From assembly GCF_000002075.1 (NCBI RefSeq), contig NW_004797710.1, positions 102,356 to 166,355 of the forward strand: 64,000 bases of DNA, written 5' to 3'. Under the pieces are notes generated by a model. That model was not told where the DNA came from and made no database searches. It saw only the letters and a list, made by a program, of their open reading frames with translations. The position numbers were made by a program, and so were the translations under genes. Below, piece by piece: positions 40,209 to 53,242 of this stretch. How positions within the stretch are numbered: position 1 is the first letter of the stretch; each line of letters begins with the position of its first letter. Source of the stretch: Aplysia californica. Taxonomy: Eukaryota.

Positions 40209-40535
40209 TACCTGTGCTCTGGAGAGACACATTCGTCATTGTCCTTCCATTTCAGAGACAGTGTTTCAACTATAAGAAGCATTACAACAGAAACGTGCAC
40301 AGCCCTGTGAACTGTGCTTCAACCAGAAGTGATGCCAATTCCAAGCAAACAGATGTGGCTCGAGATTGTCGCCGATTTGAGCGCAAGATTTGATTTTCTT
40401 AACTGTCGGCGCTGTCGATGGAAAACACACCCCGTATAAAAAAGCCAAACAGATCCGAATCCAAATATTTTAATTACAAAGGGTATTTTTCAATCGTTTT
40501 GCTTGCAGTTACTGATGCCAATGGAATTTCTTGCA
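40209..40535 (+). pseudogene. Harbinger (HARBI1-like) transposase fragment
   Basis: YLCSGD, then GAVDGKH...YFNYKGYFSIVLLAVTDAN. Confidence 0.88.
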
Positions 40536-41462
40536 CGGGATAACCTATTATAATTAAAAATCTCTTTGTCATATGTAAGCTGACGATGCGGAAACGGTTT
40601 CATATTTTGTCTCAGTGGAAAAGCAAAAATGAACGAAATATAAGGAAGACTGGAACTTGTTATCCACTTGTAGGGTAATCCATTCAGAAATGATAATAGA
40701 CACTACACTATACATCTGTATATGCACACACAATTTTAGTTGCTTCTGTGAGACCCAGAAATCTTGAACTTGAATGTTTCATCTGTTTTTACAATAATGA
40801 ATACTTCATCTGTTCTCAACATTGCTATGATGTCATTATATGTACCGTTAGAGGTGGTTTGCCTTGCTTGGCAAGATTCTTTCTCGGAGCAGGGCATTCT
40901 GGACTTTTTCTGTCACTTACATGACCAAAATTGAGTCGATAGTGCCGAAAAACAGCTACTCAGTCAATCAAGTCTGGACTTTTTCTGTCACTTACACACT
41001 TGTGCCTAATATGGTTACAGAGTGACACTTCAAAGGTGGGTGCCACAGGGGTGATAGGGACCTTCTTTACCTTTGGTGTACAGACTTGCTTGTTTGACTG
41101 CGGGCTTTGGGGGGTCAGCAGTAGAAGTACAGGGACCGGGGCCACAACTGGCGGGGCAGACGGGCCTCTTGAAATGAGCAGCCGTTCCGAACTTTGTACT
41201 CTTGGATTGCACATTCTTGGATCCAAGTCGGGCAGTCCTTACTGAAGGCTGTTTAAAAGCTCTTTAGCAGTTCACATCCATTTGTCACAGAGATGTTATC
41301 AATCTACCCAATGCTAATGTTGTATTTTACCTAAAGTGTTATTTTAAAACAGATATCTTATCTCAAGTTTTTTACACACTGATCTAAACCAAGCCGGGCT
41401 ATGAATTGTAGTGAATGAAACCAACTAGTTTTCCTCATGCTCTTATAACCGTATGCAGTTGC

Positions 41463-41762
41463 GAGCTCCGTATAACCTTATACTATACATACATACAAGC
41501 TCCGTAAAACCTTATACTATACATACATCCGAGCTCCGTAAAACCTTATACTATACATACGTACAAGCTCCGTAAAACCTTATACTATACATACATACGA
41601 GCTCCGTAAAACCTTATACTGTACATACGTACAAGCTCCGTAAAACCTTATACTATACATACATACGAGCTCCGTAAAACCTTATACTATACATACGTAC
41701 AAGCTCCGTAAAACCTTGTACTATACATACATACAAGCTCCGTAAACTCTTACTAAACTAAC
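41463..41762 (+). repeat. 34-bp tandem array (~8.7 units) derived from the LINE 3' tail
   Basis: Unit RAGCTCCGTAAAACCTTATACTATACATACRTAC matches 44460-44493; follows a LINE 3'-UTR remnant at ~41300-41462. Confidence 0.93.
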
Positions 41763-43084
41763 GTGAATACAACCAACTTGTGTCCGATACTCTCATAAGA
41801 CCTTATGCTCCTACCAAAAAAAAGTAAAACTTTTACTGAACTGAAAATGTATAATGCTGCACTAAATTTTGTAAAAATTCTTTCTCTTTGTAAGGGTTGT
41901 GTGTGCCTTGTTTTAGTTTTGTACCAAAAAGACTGGTCTTTCTATTTCATCAGGGTACTGCGTGGCGGGGGGATCTTCCTTTGAAGGAACAGGATAATTT
42001 TTTGTCAGCTCGGATTTGATCTTGATTCTTTTGTTCGTGGGTTACCTTTGAAATGACAGCTTTAGCATAGCACCAGTGATTGTCTTTCTACTCCTTAGAT
42101 TTTCAAGAAAAGATTTTGCTTTGGATTAAAAAACAACAATTAAAGTAGGGTCATTTAATGAAGGGTCTCTTTTCACTGTGGTCTAAAACCTAGCGTGAAT
42201 TTAAATGTGTGAAATCTCACTGGTCAGGAACAGTATAACAATGTCCACATTCTTTCCTTGCTTAGAATTGTGAGATAAGCTGTCCTGTGCTGGTACTTGT
42301 GTTTTCGAATTCTCTGTGGGCAGTGTATATATATGTCTGATTTCAGCCCTTGAGAACTGAACCATTATATCTGTGAAAAATTAGCTCTGCTGAGTCATTT
42401 TAAAACCGAAAGGAAGTTATTACATTGTCAATAGATCGTAGACAGGTGTATGGAGCTTGTTGTTCTCATTCTCTATACACCACAAGTCAAATTGTTTTGT
42501 TGAAGATTTCCCTGAAGAAAAAAATTGATAGTGAACAGTCTACATCACACCAACATCCAGAGACAGCTAGCTGTGGGATGTAAGGTGAGCTGTCCACTCT
42601 AGCTATGAACTCTTCAGATTTGACCCAGACTTACTTGCCTTTTAAGGTTTCAGATTTTATTTTTCTTCTCTCAATTGGTCACTGGTGTCACTTGGCTTCA
42701 TAGTCTTTCAGCTGACAGTATAATTGGATGCTTGCCCTATAAGAATTTTATTTTTGTCCGTTCTGGATGATTGTTTACCCAGCCAGATACCCTGTATCAG
42801 AGATTAAACAAACAAAAAAATTGGGAAAAGTTTAGAAGCACTGGCAACTGCATAAGGTCATATGAAAGCGTGAGGTACAAGTTAGTAATGTTCACTCTAG
42901 TTTATAGCATGGCTTAATTTTACTTTGTAAATCAAATGGTTGAATATAACCAAAAAAATAGTTGAAAGTAGTTATAAAATTGGTAATTTGCCTTTTAAAA
43001 ATAATAACTATTTACATTTTTTTAGTAAAGACCAGTGGCGTAAAACATCTGCATGAACATTTTTGTGCCTTGTAATCTCTAGAT

Positions 43085-44493
43085 GGTGGAGAGCCTCCAG
43101 GCCGAGGCCAACATACCACCACTCTCACTCAGACGCACACAACTCTCACTACAATACGCAGTTAAACAGAGCTCAACACCGGAAAATCCAGCGCACAACA
43201 GCATTTTTCAAACAAATCCAGAAACCAGAAACAAGTTCCAAAACTACGAAAAACTCATCAAACCTTTCGGCCTCAGAATCCTTGAGGACCTCAAAAACTT
43301 ACACTTCTCCAAACAAGACATCCAACAAATTCTTTTCCCCGACCTCCCTCCGTGGCACCTCACCAAGGCAAAAGTAGATTTACAGCTGACCACACACAAC
43401 AAAGAAAGCACAAACACCAAAACTTTTCAAGCTGAATACAAAAAACTAATAGATAAATACCCCGGTGCGGAGCTCATCTTCACGGATGGCTCCAAAAAAG
43501 ACAATGAAGTGGGCGCCGCAGCCCTATCTCCCAACAATACACACCAGAGGAGACTCCATCCTGAAGCCTCCATTTTCACTGCGGAGGCCACTGCCATTGA
43601 CATGGCACTGGACTCTGTAGAAAATTCTCCTAACAAATCTTTCCTTATCCTTTCTGACTCTCTGTCTTGCATCACCTCACTCACAAACTACACACTCTTA
43701 CACCCAAAAATAGTTAGGCTACAACAGAAAATCCATACACTATCCGAAACAGGAAAAAACATCATGTTCGCATGGATACCCAGCCATGTGGGCATCCGAG
43801 GAAACGAGCAGGTAGACGACCTGGCGAAGAAAGCTTCATCCCTTCTGCTGGGATCAACGACAAACACTCTCCCACAGACTGACTTTAGAAATAAAGTCAA
43901 AAAGTACACCTCCAGTCTGTGGGAGAGCCACTGGGAAAACCAGAAAAATAATAAATTATATGAAATTAAACCCAAACTAGAACAGCGAAATCCTTCGGAT
44001 CTCTCCAGAAGAGACGAAGTCATTTTTACTCAATTGCGCATCGGACACACGGCCCTGACCCACAAATACCTCCTACAGGGAGATGAGAAGCCGTTCTGTG
44101 TCGGATGCGACACAGATTTTACCATTAGACACATTTTAACAGAATGTCTAGACTTTGGAGAGATCCGAAGGAAATATTATAAATGCAAGAAATTGCAGGA
44201 TATTTTTTCCGTCGTTGTTCCCAGCAGAATTAAAAATTTTATAAAGGCCATTGGCCTTTATGGCGAGTTGTAGAGTGAATTTGATATTATTTTTTTATTG
44301 TTACTTAAAAGTTGTTTTAGATCACAAATGTATTTACACCAAATTTGAATATTTTAACTTTTTAGCATTTTAAAGTAAATTAGTTGGCCAGTCGTGAAGT
44401 GAACTTTCGCAGAGGTGAACAACTTGTGTTTCGCGCGCTCATATGACCTTAGCAGTTGCGAGCGCCGTAAAACCTTATACTATACATACATAC
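43085..44493 (+). mobile_element. 5'-truncated I/Nimb-clade LINE with uninterrupted ORF2 C-terminus (RNase H, CCHC knuckle)
   Basis: FTDGSK, SIFTAEA.AI, SDSLS, WIPSHVGIRGNE.VD.LAK, LRIGH, C..C......HIL.EC. (TACA)n tail. TSD AATCTCTAGAT (43074-43084; 44494-44504). Confidence 0.95.
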
Positions 44494-45555
44494 AATCTCT
44501 AGATTCCAGAATGAAACATGAATGTTCTGTTTTCCTCTTTGCTAACGTTGGTTTGCCATTTAGGCAGCATTTATTGTCCAGTTTATCATTCGTGAATCAC
44601 ATTCTTCACCTCTGTTCTGAGGTTTGTAACCATCTTGCCGAGAGACAGGATTTTATTGGGGAAATGGACAACTTGAAACCTTTGTAATATACTGTTACGG
44701 GAACAGCTGTCGATTTTCCCTCAGCTCCAACCTGACACACGTGCAGCGTTTTGTGGTAAATGGCTTGGAATCTGTCACGTTTGAGCATTTGGTTGAACCA
44801 TGGTGTGCACTAAGTGGTATGGCTATTTGAACCAGTAGCTGTGTGTATTGTTTGTACACAGTGCAGTTATTATGGCAAAGAACTTGTTCAACTCAAGGAT
44901 GATTTCTGTTCCATGTTTAGAAAACAGACCTTGCACTGGCAGTAGCACGATGCTCTGTGCATTTCGCTTTGACCAGCGTCTGTTTTGCAGCATTTAGGCA
45001 CATTTCTTGTGCACACAGAAAACCCAAATTTCATTCTCGAGTGGGGAGAATTTTTTTATCTAGTTTGTCGGTCTTTTTGTCTGTGGGGATGTTGTATCCC
45101 TCCTTAGCACGCTTGGCTCTGACAGGAAGGATCTGAAGCCTGCTGCCTAAACTGTCACAGTCTAAATTGCGTCGATGGGGCTGTGAAAACACCTATTGAA
45201 ATGTTTCTGCTGGCTTTGCCGACACGTTGGTTGTTGTCACCCAAGTCGCTGAGAATTGTGACACAGCTCTAAGAAACATTGGATACCAGACGAACCTTGT
45301 GGCATTTGCCTTCCGTTGTCCTTTACGAACAAAAAACCTTTTTAATGGGCCTTATGGCGGTCCCAAGCCCGCAACCTGTTCTTACAGGGAACTCAGAGGG
45401 GAAAGGTTGAAGAATTCAAGTCTTCTACTTCTTATGTTGGTAAAAAGCAAGACGAGTAGTGAAGAAGTTGGACCTACCTGTGACGTCTTCCACCTGCACC
45501 CAAAGCTGTCCCGTCTACACCCCTCCTATAAAGGTAAGTGTTTTCTCTCTCTGTG

Positions 45556-45559
<4 letters not shown>

Positions 45560-45630
<71 letters not shown>

Positions 45631-45632
45631 GC
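45560..45632. repeat. (CT)n(CA)n microsatellite
   Basis: Directly visible. Confidence 0.95.
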
Positions 45633-46299
45633 ATGCATGCATACAGAGAGAAATATTTGGATGTATGACAAGTGTTTTAATTTTAACTTGGCAAATACTT
45701 CTATTCCTGTTGAGCTGAGCAGACCTGCCAAATACTCTGAAAACCAGGCCTTACTGTGATTTAAAGGGGAAAACGACCAACTTGAGTCGTGCATGCTCAC
45801 ATGATCTGATGCAGTTGTGAACACCGTAAAACTCTTAAAAAACAAAAGTACTTAATAATTCGGAGGGTTAAAAAAAAATCCTTTGAAGAACCGCGTTTGA
45901 ATTTGCGTAAAATCCAGTTGTTTTTCTACCCTTTTGAAGTTCGTTTTTGTCAGATTCTATGTGACCTATCATGAAACTACACTTTTATTTTTGCGTTTAT
46001 TTTCAATATTTGGGCAGCAAATCATAAAATACACATTTTCAATTTGCGCATATATTTTTTTAACTACGGTCTGTTTGTAAAGTTTATGTGATCTTGATTT
46101 GCATCTTCTAGGGGTTCTGGAGACTCCTGGGGAATTCTGAGGAAAATTTTGGTCATGCAGAAAATATATTTATATAGCAGGTCTAAGATGGCTTGCTTCA
46201 GGCATAATGGGAGGCCTGCATTGTGTACTTCTTTGTATCATAAGCCAGTCTATCATGGGTTCAATTCAAAGTGTAGAACTGGGACTGTCGAATCTGAAA

Positions 46300-46530
46300 T
46301 TAGTGCCTTTACAATAAATTGTAAATACATGTACTGTTATTTCAAATTAAATGTAAATAACTTATTTTTACGTTGAAATTTTTTCCATAAAATTTGAACC
46401 ACTTAACATGATCATTGACCAAAACCAAGCCGTGCTGTGATCTGTTGTGAATGCAACCAACCTGCGTTTTGCGCGCTCAAATGACTTTATGAAGTTGCGA
46501 GCGCCGTAAAATTCTTACTAAAACAAAAAA
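46300..46530 (+). mobile_element. I/Nimb LINE 3'-UTR remnant
   Basis: CCAAGCCG.GCT.TGA..TGT.GTGAATG.AACCAAC followed by the shared stem-loop tail; matches 41385-41470 and 47700-47790. Confidence 0.75.
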
Positions 46531-47071
46531 CTGAGCTTAGAATATTTTTTCTGAAGATCTGCCTATGTCCCTTAAGGTCTTGATCTTGTATTCCGATTCC
46601 GTCTTACTTCATTTTACTCTCCAACCTTACGAGCTTTCACCCAAATGTGGTTACATTGCAGTTGGGAATAAATTTTTTAACTGAATAGGGAAAGCAGCGT
46701 GTTTGCATAGCTGCCTAGCATGTTTGCATCCGAGGAAACGAGCAGATCCTTTCCAAAAGGGGGGGGGGTGGGGGCATTTCTCGTTCTTATGCACAGTAGA
46801 ATTGCAATTGTAAATGTGCCGATTCAGCAATGTCATGCTCATTACTGTGCCTGAACAACAACAGGAAACTGCTGCTTTTTCTTTCCTAACCCTTACTATC
46901 GTCAGTTTCCTCTACATGTACTTCTTCTGTATGTTTGTCACACTCTTGTGACCCTCTGTATCCGGGGTGCCTTGAATGTCAAAACAGACTGTGTGCTGTT
47001 AAAGCTAGAGAGGTGAGCAGAGTAAGCCCGATTCCCTGTAAATAAAGACTTCTCTGTTGACATCCACCCCT

Positions 47072-47795
47072 TGGCGCTCATATGACCTTATGCAGTTGCG
47101 AGCGCCGTAAAACCTCTCTACAAAAAAAAAAAGATCTCCTGGCGAAGGAATCATTGACCCTTTCTGTTGGGATCAACGGAGAACACTTTCCACAGGCAGA
47201 CTTACAAAATTTGGCCAAAAGCTACTCCCCCAGTCTGTTGGAGAAACACTGGAGTGAACGACCGACCAAACAACAAGCTCTACAATGTTATGCCAAATTG
47301 GGCACAAGAAAACCGCCGGGCCTCTCTTGAAGAGACGAAATTGGTTTTACTCGATTTGGACACACCTCCCTGACCCCTTAAGTACCTCCTGCAGGGAGAT
47401 GAGAAGCCCTTCTGTGTCGGATGCGATACGGTACACATTTTTACCATTAGACGCATGCTTATAGAATGTGCGGACTTTGGAGAGACCCAAAGGAAATATT
47501 ATTTTAAATGTTGAAATTTAAAAGATCTATTCACTGTCATTGATCCCAACAGAATTTTCGATTTTATAATGACCATTGACCTTTACCCACAAGTGTAAAT
47601 ATTGTTATTTTCATTAAACGTAAATTGTTTTTTGTTGTTTTAGACTGAAATTTTTGCCGTAAAATTTTTAACCTTTTAGCCTGACCATTGAATGAATAAT
47701 AGTGCTCTGAACTGTTGTGAATGAAACCAACTAGTGTTTGGTGCGCTCACATGATCTTATAGAGTTGCGAGCGCTGTAAAACTCTACTAAACAAT
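47072..47795 (+). mobile_element. Isolated tail motif (47072-47132) followed by a diverged I/Nimb LINE 3' fragment
   Basis: Matches 43820-44480 (e.g. GGGAGATGAGAAGCC.TTCTGTGTCGGATGCGA). Confidence 0.88.
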
Positions 47796-48729
47796 ACTGA
47801 ACAAAGTCTTGTAAAGGGCTGTTTCAGAAAATACTTGTTTATTGGGCGCAACCACGTGGACACCACCTCTTGTATTGATATATAAATGGTCATTGTCACA
47901 TGGATATTATGCAAATTGTTAGATTATTTGTTATTATATATTATATTGGCTTCAGTTTGAGGAAACCTCGCACTGTTGATCTTTTGCATACTCTTCAATC
48001 GTGATAATTAGGTCCTATTGAAAACGGTTTCACTGTGTAAGCAAGATGCCATTTATGAGAGCATACAATTTTTTCGGTACTTTTTATTTGCTAGCCTTCA
48101 ATAAAGGAAATGGCAATCAGTATTATTTTTTATTAATAGTCGGAAACGTTTGCCACTGTAGGCGTTATGTGGTCCTTTCACTTTGTCGGGCCAACAGTGT
48201 TTGGACGTGAGACCAGGATCCCGGTGGGCACAAACACAGGAGCGCATGGGCACTTAGTGGTCTTTCTGGTGTTGCTCTGACCTGAACACGCTCACTACTA
48301 TTTGTGGTACCAACTCCGGTCAGGTTAATCTGATCCGATCAATAATGAGTAGGTCGACCGAAATTTCGGCCCCTCATTGTCCTCTCTCTCTCTCTCNNNN
48401 NNNNNNNNNNNNNNNNNNNNNNNNNNNNNNNNNNNNNNNNNNNNNNNNNNNNNNNNNNNNNNNNNNNNNNNNNNNNNNNNNNNNNNNNNNNNNNNNGGGG
48501 AGAAAAGAAGCTGTCAGGCTGTAAATAGTAAACTTGCTTTGTGTCAGATCAGGCAATGTCTCTAAGGTGCTTTGTTGGGGTGGATGGAGGATTGGGGAGG
48601 GGGCGATGAGACGTGTGGATGGGTGTGAAGGGAAATATAAGAGGATATACATTATGTGAGGGAAATATGAGGAAGAATGAGAGGGAAGATGTGAGTGGGG
48701 AAATTTTTGTTTGTTCAAAAGAAGAGTGC

Positions 48730-48875
48730 TGCGGCACTAGCAGAGTCAAATAATTGCCCAAGATTAGAGGTGTTACAGGAGAGTCACCAAGACAAAAAGA
48801 AGGATAGAAAAGGACGATAAATGTTTGATAGGAAAGAAAGAGCAAACCATATCATAGCCCCCGCCAACCACCCAC
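48730..48875 (-). mobile_element. Retroposon 3' fragment, family 3
   Basis: Reverse complement of 59998-60120 and 62056-62175. Confidence 0.75.
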
Positions 48876-49426
48876 TGGGATTGGGTGGGGAGAAATGTAC
48901 TAGAGTGAACAGATGCACTGGAAAATATAATGCCTCAAGATATTTGAGGGAGTGTATCGTGGAGATGTTTAAGGATGATATAACTTCGAAGGGATTTCGT
49001 GACGTCATTTAGACAAGTCACGAGACGACAGCAGTTCTCTTCGATCCCACGATGTACGGTGGCAGATACGTCTTGATTTAATGTCTTTCAGCCCTGTCGT
49101 TAAAACACTCGCCCGCAATGAGTCATCATATCTTCTACTTATCCCGGGACTCAGTCTCTCAGAGTTACCATTCGTCAAACGTCCTCGGGATGTGTGTCAG
49201 TGACTCGCACGACAAGCCGCTTGCACAACCCTAGCGCGCTCACTTGTTGATCCGCGCCTGATGACGTCACCAACAAGCTGCATCACACACAAGGGAGGGG
49301 GCGAGGGGTGGTAGGGAGAGGATTAAGCCAGGGACTTAGGGGAGAGACAGACACACATTACACTTGTCACGACAGATTTAAGCGTAACCAGTTTTCTAAA
49401 AGCATTCCCAACTCTGTTTCTTTTAA

Positions 49427-49427
<1 letters not shown>

Positions 49428-49513
<86 letters not shown>
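49428..49513. repeat. (CT)n microsatellite
   Basis: Directly visible. Confidence 0.97.
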
Positions 49514-49516
<3 letters not shown>

Positions 49517-50042
49517 GGTATTCTCTACGTCACCGTCGTGGATTAAGGCAAGCATTAACTCAACTCTCAGATTTCAGCGGCTGGCCAATAACTTTTGTGG
49601 CACCACCACACACTAGGCCGATTACTTTTGCACCGGCGTGGTGCCACCGCGCGTGCAGTTGTAGTTGTTTTTTGTTTTTTCATTATATTTCCGTTATTTG
49701 TGCATGTCGCTGCTCCATCGGGACTGTTTGTTACATCCAAGCACACGCTAGTCATAGTCAGTAGTTGTGGTTTTACTGCGCTGAACATTTCCTCTGTCAG
49801 GATTTATTTTGCGAGCCATTTGTGCTTCAGTTTAGGTGAGTTATTAAAATAAAAGTAGCATCAGTTATGTCAAATTGGAAAAAAAGGGAACAAAAAATAA
49901 GAAAGAAGCGCGCTAGATCCATTCAAATGAGTATCCCTTTAGCTAGGGGTTCTTCTGGTTTCTGATACATGACTGACAAAGTCATATTACTGCTGTGCTG
50001 CATCTTCAGCCCGAGAGAGGACCATCTCGTGTGAGTGGGAGG

Positions 50043-50197
50043 CTGCCCCAGTGGTTTTATGCACCCCGCATAATTTAGCAAAATTTGATCCTTTTTTTGT
50101 GTGCATAATTTCTGATTATTTTCCTGTATCATTCTTTGTTAAAATTAACAGAATCGCATAATTTCATAATTTTTCTTCCATAAAACAACGGGGACAG
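50043..50197. mobile_element. 155-bp MITE family B
   Basis: TIR CTG(T/C)CCC.GT.GTTTTATG; exact 8-bp TSD GTGGGAGG; second copy at 62187-62365. Confidence 0.88.
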
Positions 50198-53184
50198 GTG
50201 GGAGGTAGTAAAATTAAATAGCATCACTATGCTTGAGTTGGAGGTGCAAAACTGCGATTGAACCCAAGTACTAAAATGTGTAGCGCGTTATGTTTGATTT
50301 GGCGTGTCGCTTTGACTTCTTTACCCTTACCATTAGCTAAATGATCTTCCTTTGAAATGGACAACAATATCTCGTCGTGCACCGATTTTTCAAACTTTTG
50401 CCAGTAATTTTGTATCAATTTATGGGGGGAAATTGCCCGAAAAGCCAAATTGGGATTATCAGATATATACATTGTCTTTAAAATCTCAAGGCTCAAAGAA
50501 TCACAGATTATTTGGTTAGGCGAGCTATGGTCTATAACTTAAGCCATACTCATATCCTCCTCCCCCCCCTCCTCTCCGCCGGTCACCCCGCCGAATAAAA
50601 AAAAAAGCCCAAACAAAACAACAAATAATTATAAAGACCGAACAGCAGGAGACAAGTTATTGTTGTTAAGGGGAAACTTTCTCCGAGGTTGTTTTCCTCA
50701 ACATTTTTTGGGCGCGGATACCGATAGGCTACTTTTTATTCGCCAAAAGTTTAGTTGGCCGAGTGGTGTCAATAAATAGACGCTCCTCCCCAATTAACAC
50801 GCGCGAAACGTGTAGCTTTGACTTGAATCAATCCCCCAGTGTATTGGCCACAAGCCTAATGCCACGATGGGCTTTACACCCCGCTTATTCTCTTTTATTT
50901 AAGGGATTCGGGGTTACCATGGTTCGTAATGCGGTGTCTAGATCTACTAAACACAAAGAAACTTTTGTTTTACGTCAGTTTTCGTAATGACAGGACAGAG
51001 ATGCAGAGGGCTCTCGAGAGAATACTGGGCCAGGAACTCGAGAGTCGCGCGCGTTTCCATTATATAAAAATAAATCTAACTTATTGAACACCACCTGCAG
51101 AATTGAATTGAGACTTGGGTTTAGCTCCGTTTCGAGAGCCTTTCTTTTTATAATCATAATTGACAGAATACCATGACCTCTTTGCAGAATACATGAACAA
51201 ATCCATCTGCAGGCGTCAAATTCGGTAACTGCTTATCTCCCCCCCCCCCCCCAAAGCATGATATCCACTTATGTAATGTGCACATGGGGTGCAGTCAATG
51301 TTACAAGACGCAGTTGACAGGCAGATATCTATATTATATTGTTATGTATGGTGTGTACAGAACAGGCGGCTACCTTTCAAAACTGGATATTGCAACATTT
51401 TGGGCAAATCATGACATAACTTATGTGACTCTTACATTTCACAAATATAATTACCATACTCGCTCTGCAATGTTGCAATATCATTATCGCCACCAAGAAC
51501 AGCAGGAAAAAAAAGGATCTAGTCTATTTCAGAAAAGATTTTAAGGCATTTGGATTACTTATTAGAATTGTCTCAAGTGACCTTCTAACCGCGAAGATTG
51601 CCCAGTTTGACATCAAAGTTGTAAACGGTACAATACTATTTCGAAAGTAAAGACGAGATAGTTCCACTTCATGCCACCACACACTTCTCTTATTCCTCGC
51701 ATTTGTCCAGAAGTACTTAAGTAAGATCTAGCACAAGAGCTGCTATCTGCATTCCCAACTGTGTAATGTAAAAGCTCTAATGAAGCCATTAAAAAAACCT
51801 CTAAAGCTTCAAAAAGATTTTATATAGAAAATATTTTAATTATCGGTCATGCACAGATGATTTGATCATTAGTTCTTTTAAATTAGAGCCATACTGTAAC
51901 AGCCAAATCTCTATCTTAGAATTTCAAAGTTCTATCTACTCTGTACAGTGTACCTAGTTTTGAGAAATATGACGTCATAAGTTTTTTAGTTTAACATTTC
52001 AAGCTTTCTAAAATGCAGTTCTTTATGAATATCATAATGACGACTCCAAATAATCTTACAATTTTGATGGAGCAGATAGAACCTTTGGTTTCTGACCTCA
52101 TTGTCTGAGTCTAACTCAAAACGGCCCAAACTGCCAGATAGAACTTTGTCATTCTTAGCTAGCGAAACGCCAAAACCAAAATGGTACTTTTTTTTTCTAA
52201 CGTGAAATATATTTATTGAGTTTCCAACTCAAGCAAGGACTTTTGCTATAGCTATCTTGCTAGCTGAGAAAAAGCAATATGGCTTTCGAAACAATAAAAC
52301 CGACTATGTAACTGTTACCCAACATGGCGTTGGACAGCGGAAAACTGCGCAGGTTTTAAATCATGTTGTCCAAAAGTTCAAGGGAGTCCAAAACCTGTTG
52401 AAAATTTTTTCATGAATTTTCGGTATCGAGTATTTCTTTGGTTGCTCAGGTATTCGACATGTTGCCGACTTAAAAATGTGTAAGTTTAAGTAATAGAAAT
52501 CTACCGTTAGTCAATTGTCAAGACTGCTATTTCATTTCTTTATATTTTTTTTCGTCCTTTTTAGGCTTTTTTCTCATGAAAACCTCCATTTTAAGTTTAT
52601 TTTTCAACACGACTAAATTGCATCGGACATACAATTTGTAATCTATTTATTCAAGGCCGCTAATATATTTACTTATTTTCTGGTTCTTCTGAGACAAAAC
52701 GCATGGGCTGTTTTCGGCTAAACAATGTGCCCCCGACATCCAACCTGGTAGAGAGGTCTACAAGTTGAACGTGTTTCAGTGAACACTCAATCAGCTAATC
52801 ACGGTCGAGGTTGGCATTCTGATTCTCGTCATAATCGATACCACACTGAAAAACCTGCACAATTTATCGTTTAAAGGAAGGGCGGCTTATTGAATAATCC
52901 GTTGCATAACATGATAAAACCTGCGCATGTGGGGTGTCGACACACACTCCAGCACTGACCATCAGGTAATCAGAGCCAGAGGGTGAAGGGAACATATTCG
53001 TTTCAGGAGAAGTATCACTTTGATTTGCAGGTGCTGGTTTGCTCCCTTCAACCCCCCCCCCCCCGTTTTTTTTTTGGGTACTTTTTATTTCAATTTGGTT
53101 TTGGGAACCCCCCCCCCCCCCCAACCCCCTTCCCCCAAACCCTCCTCTGTTTTTTCCCCTCACTTTAGGTGTAGACCTCGAACG

Positions 53185-53242
53185 ATGAAAGGAGGCATAG
53201 TGGCAAACATGGACTGGCCTATTGTCTGCCTGTGCTTGATAG
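53185..53242 (+). CDS. Cys-loop receptor (nAChR-like), first coding exon (signal peptide MKGGIVANMDWPIVCLCLI)
   Basis: Acceptor TTTAG at 53164-53168, ATG at 53185, donor G|GTAAG. Phase 1 joins in frame to the 60264/60267 exon, matching the usual phase-1 signal-peptide exon of nAChR genes. Link to the next exon is inferred. Confidence 0.68.

Noticed and set aside
41463-41762. CRISPR-like array (34-bp period)
   Set aside because: No unique spacers, no cas genes, eukaryotic context; the unit equals a LINE tail.
41900-42850. Possible further decayed coding fragments (also 40850-41280, 44590-45500)
   Set aside because: Coding-like composition but no motif I could assign; needs translated homology searches.
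43083-44273. Host RNase H gene (396-aa open ORF)
   Set aside because: Bounded by TSDs, has a LINE tail, and the ATG comes from the TSD junction; it is a young truncated LINE.
46850-47065. Possible solo LTR (also 48950-49290)
   Set aside because: AATAAA/CA-like ends are suggestive, but no TSD or second copy was found.
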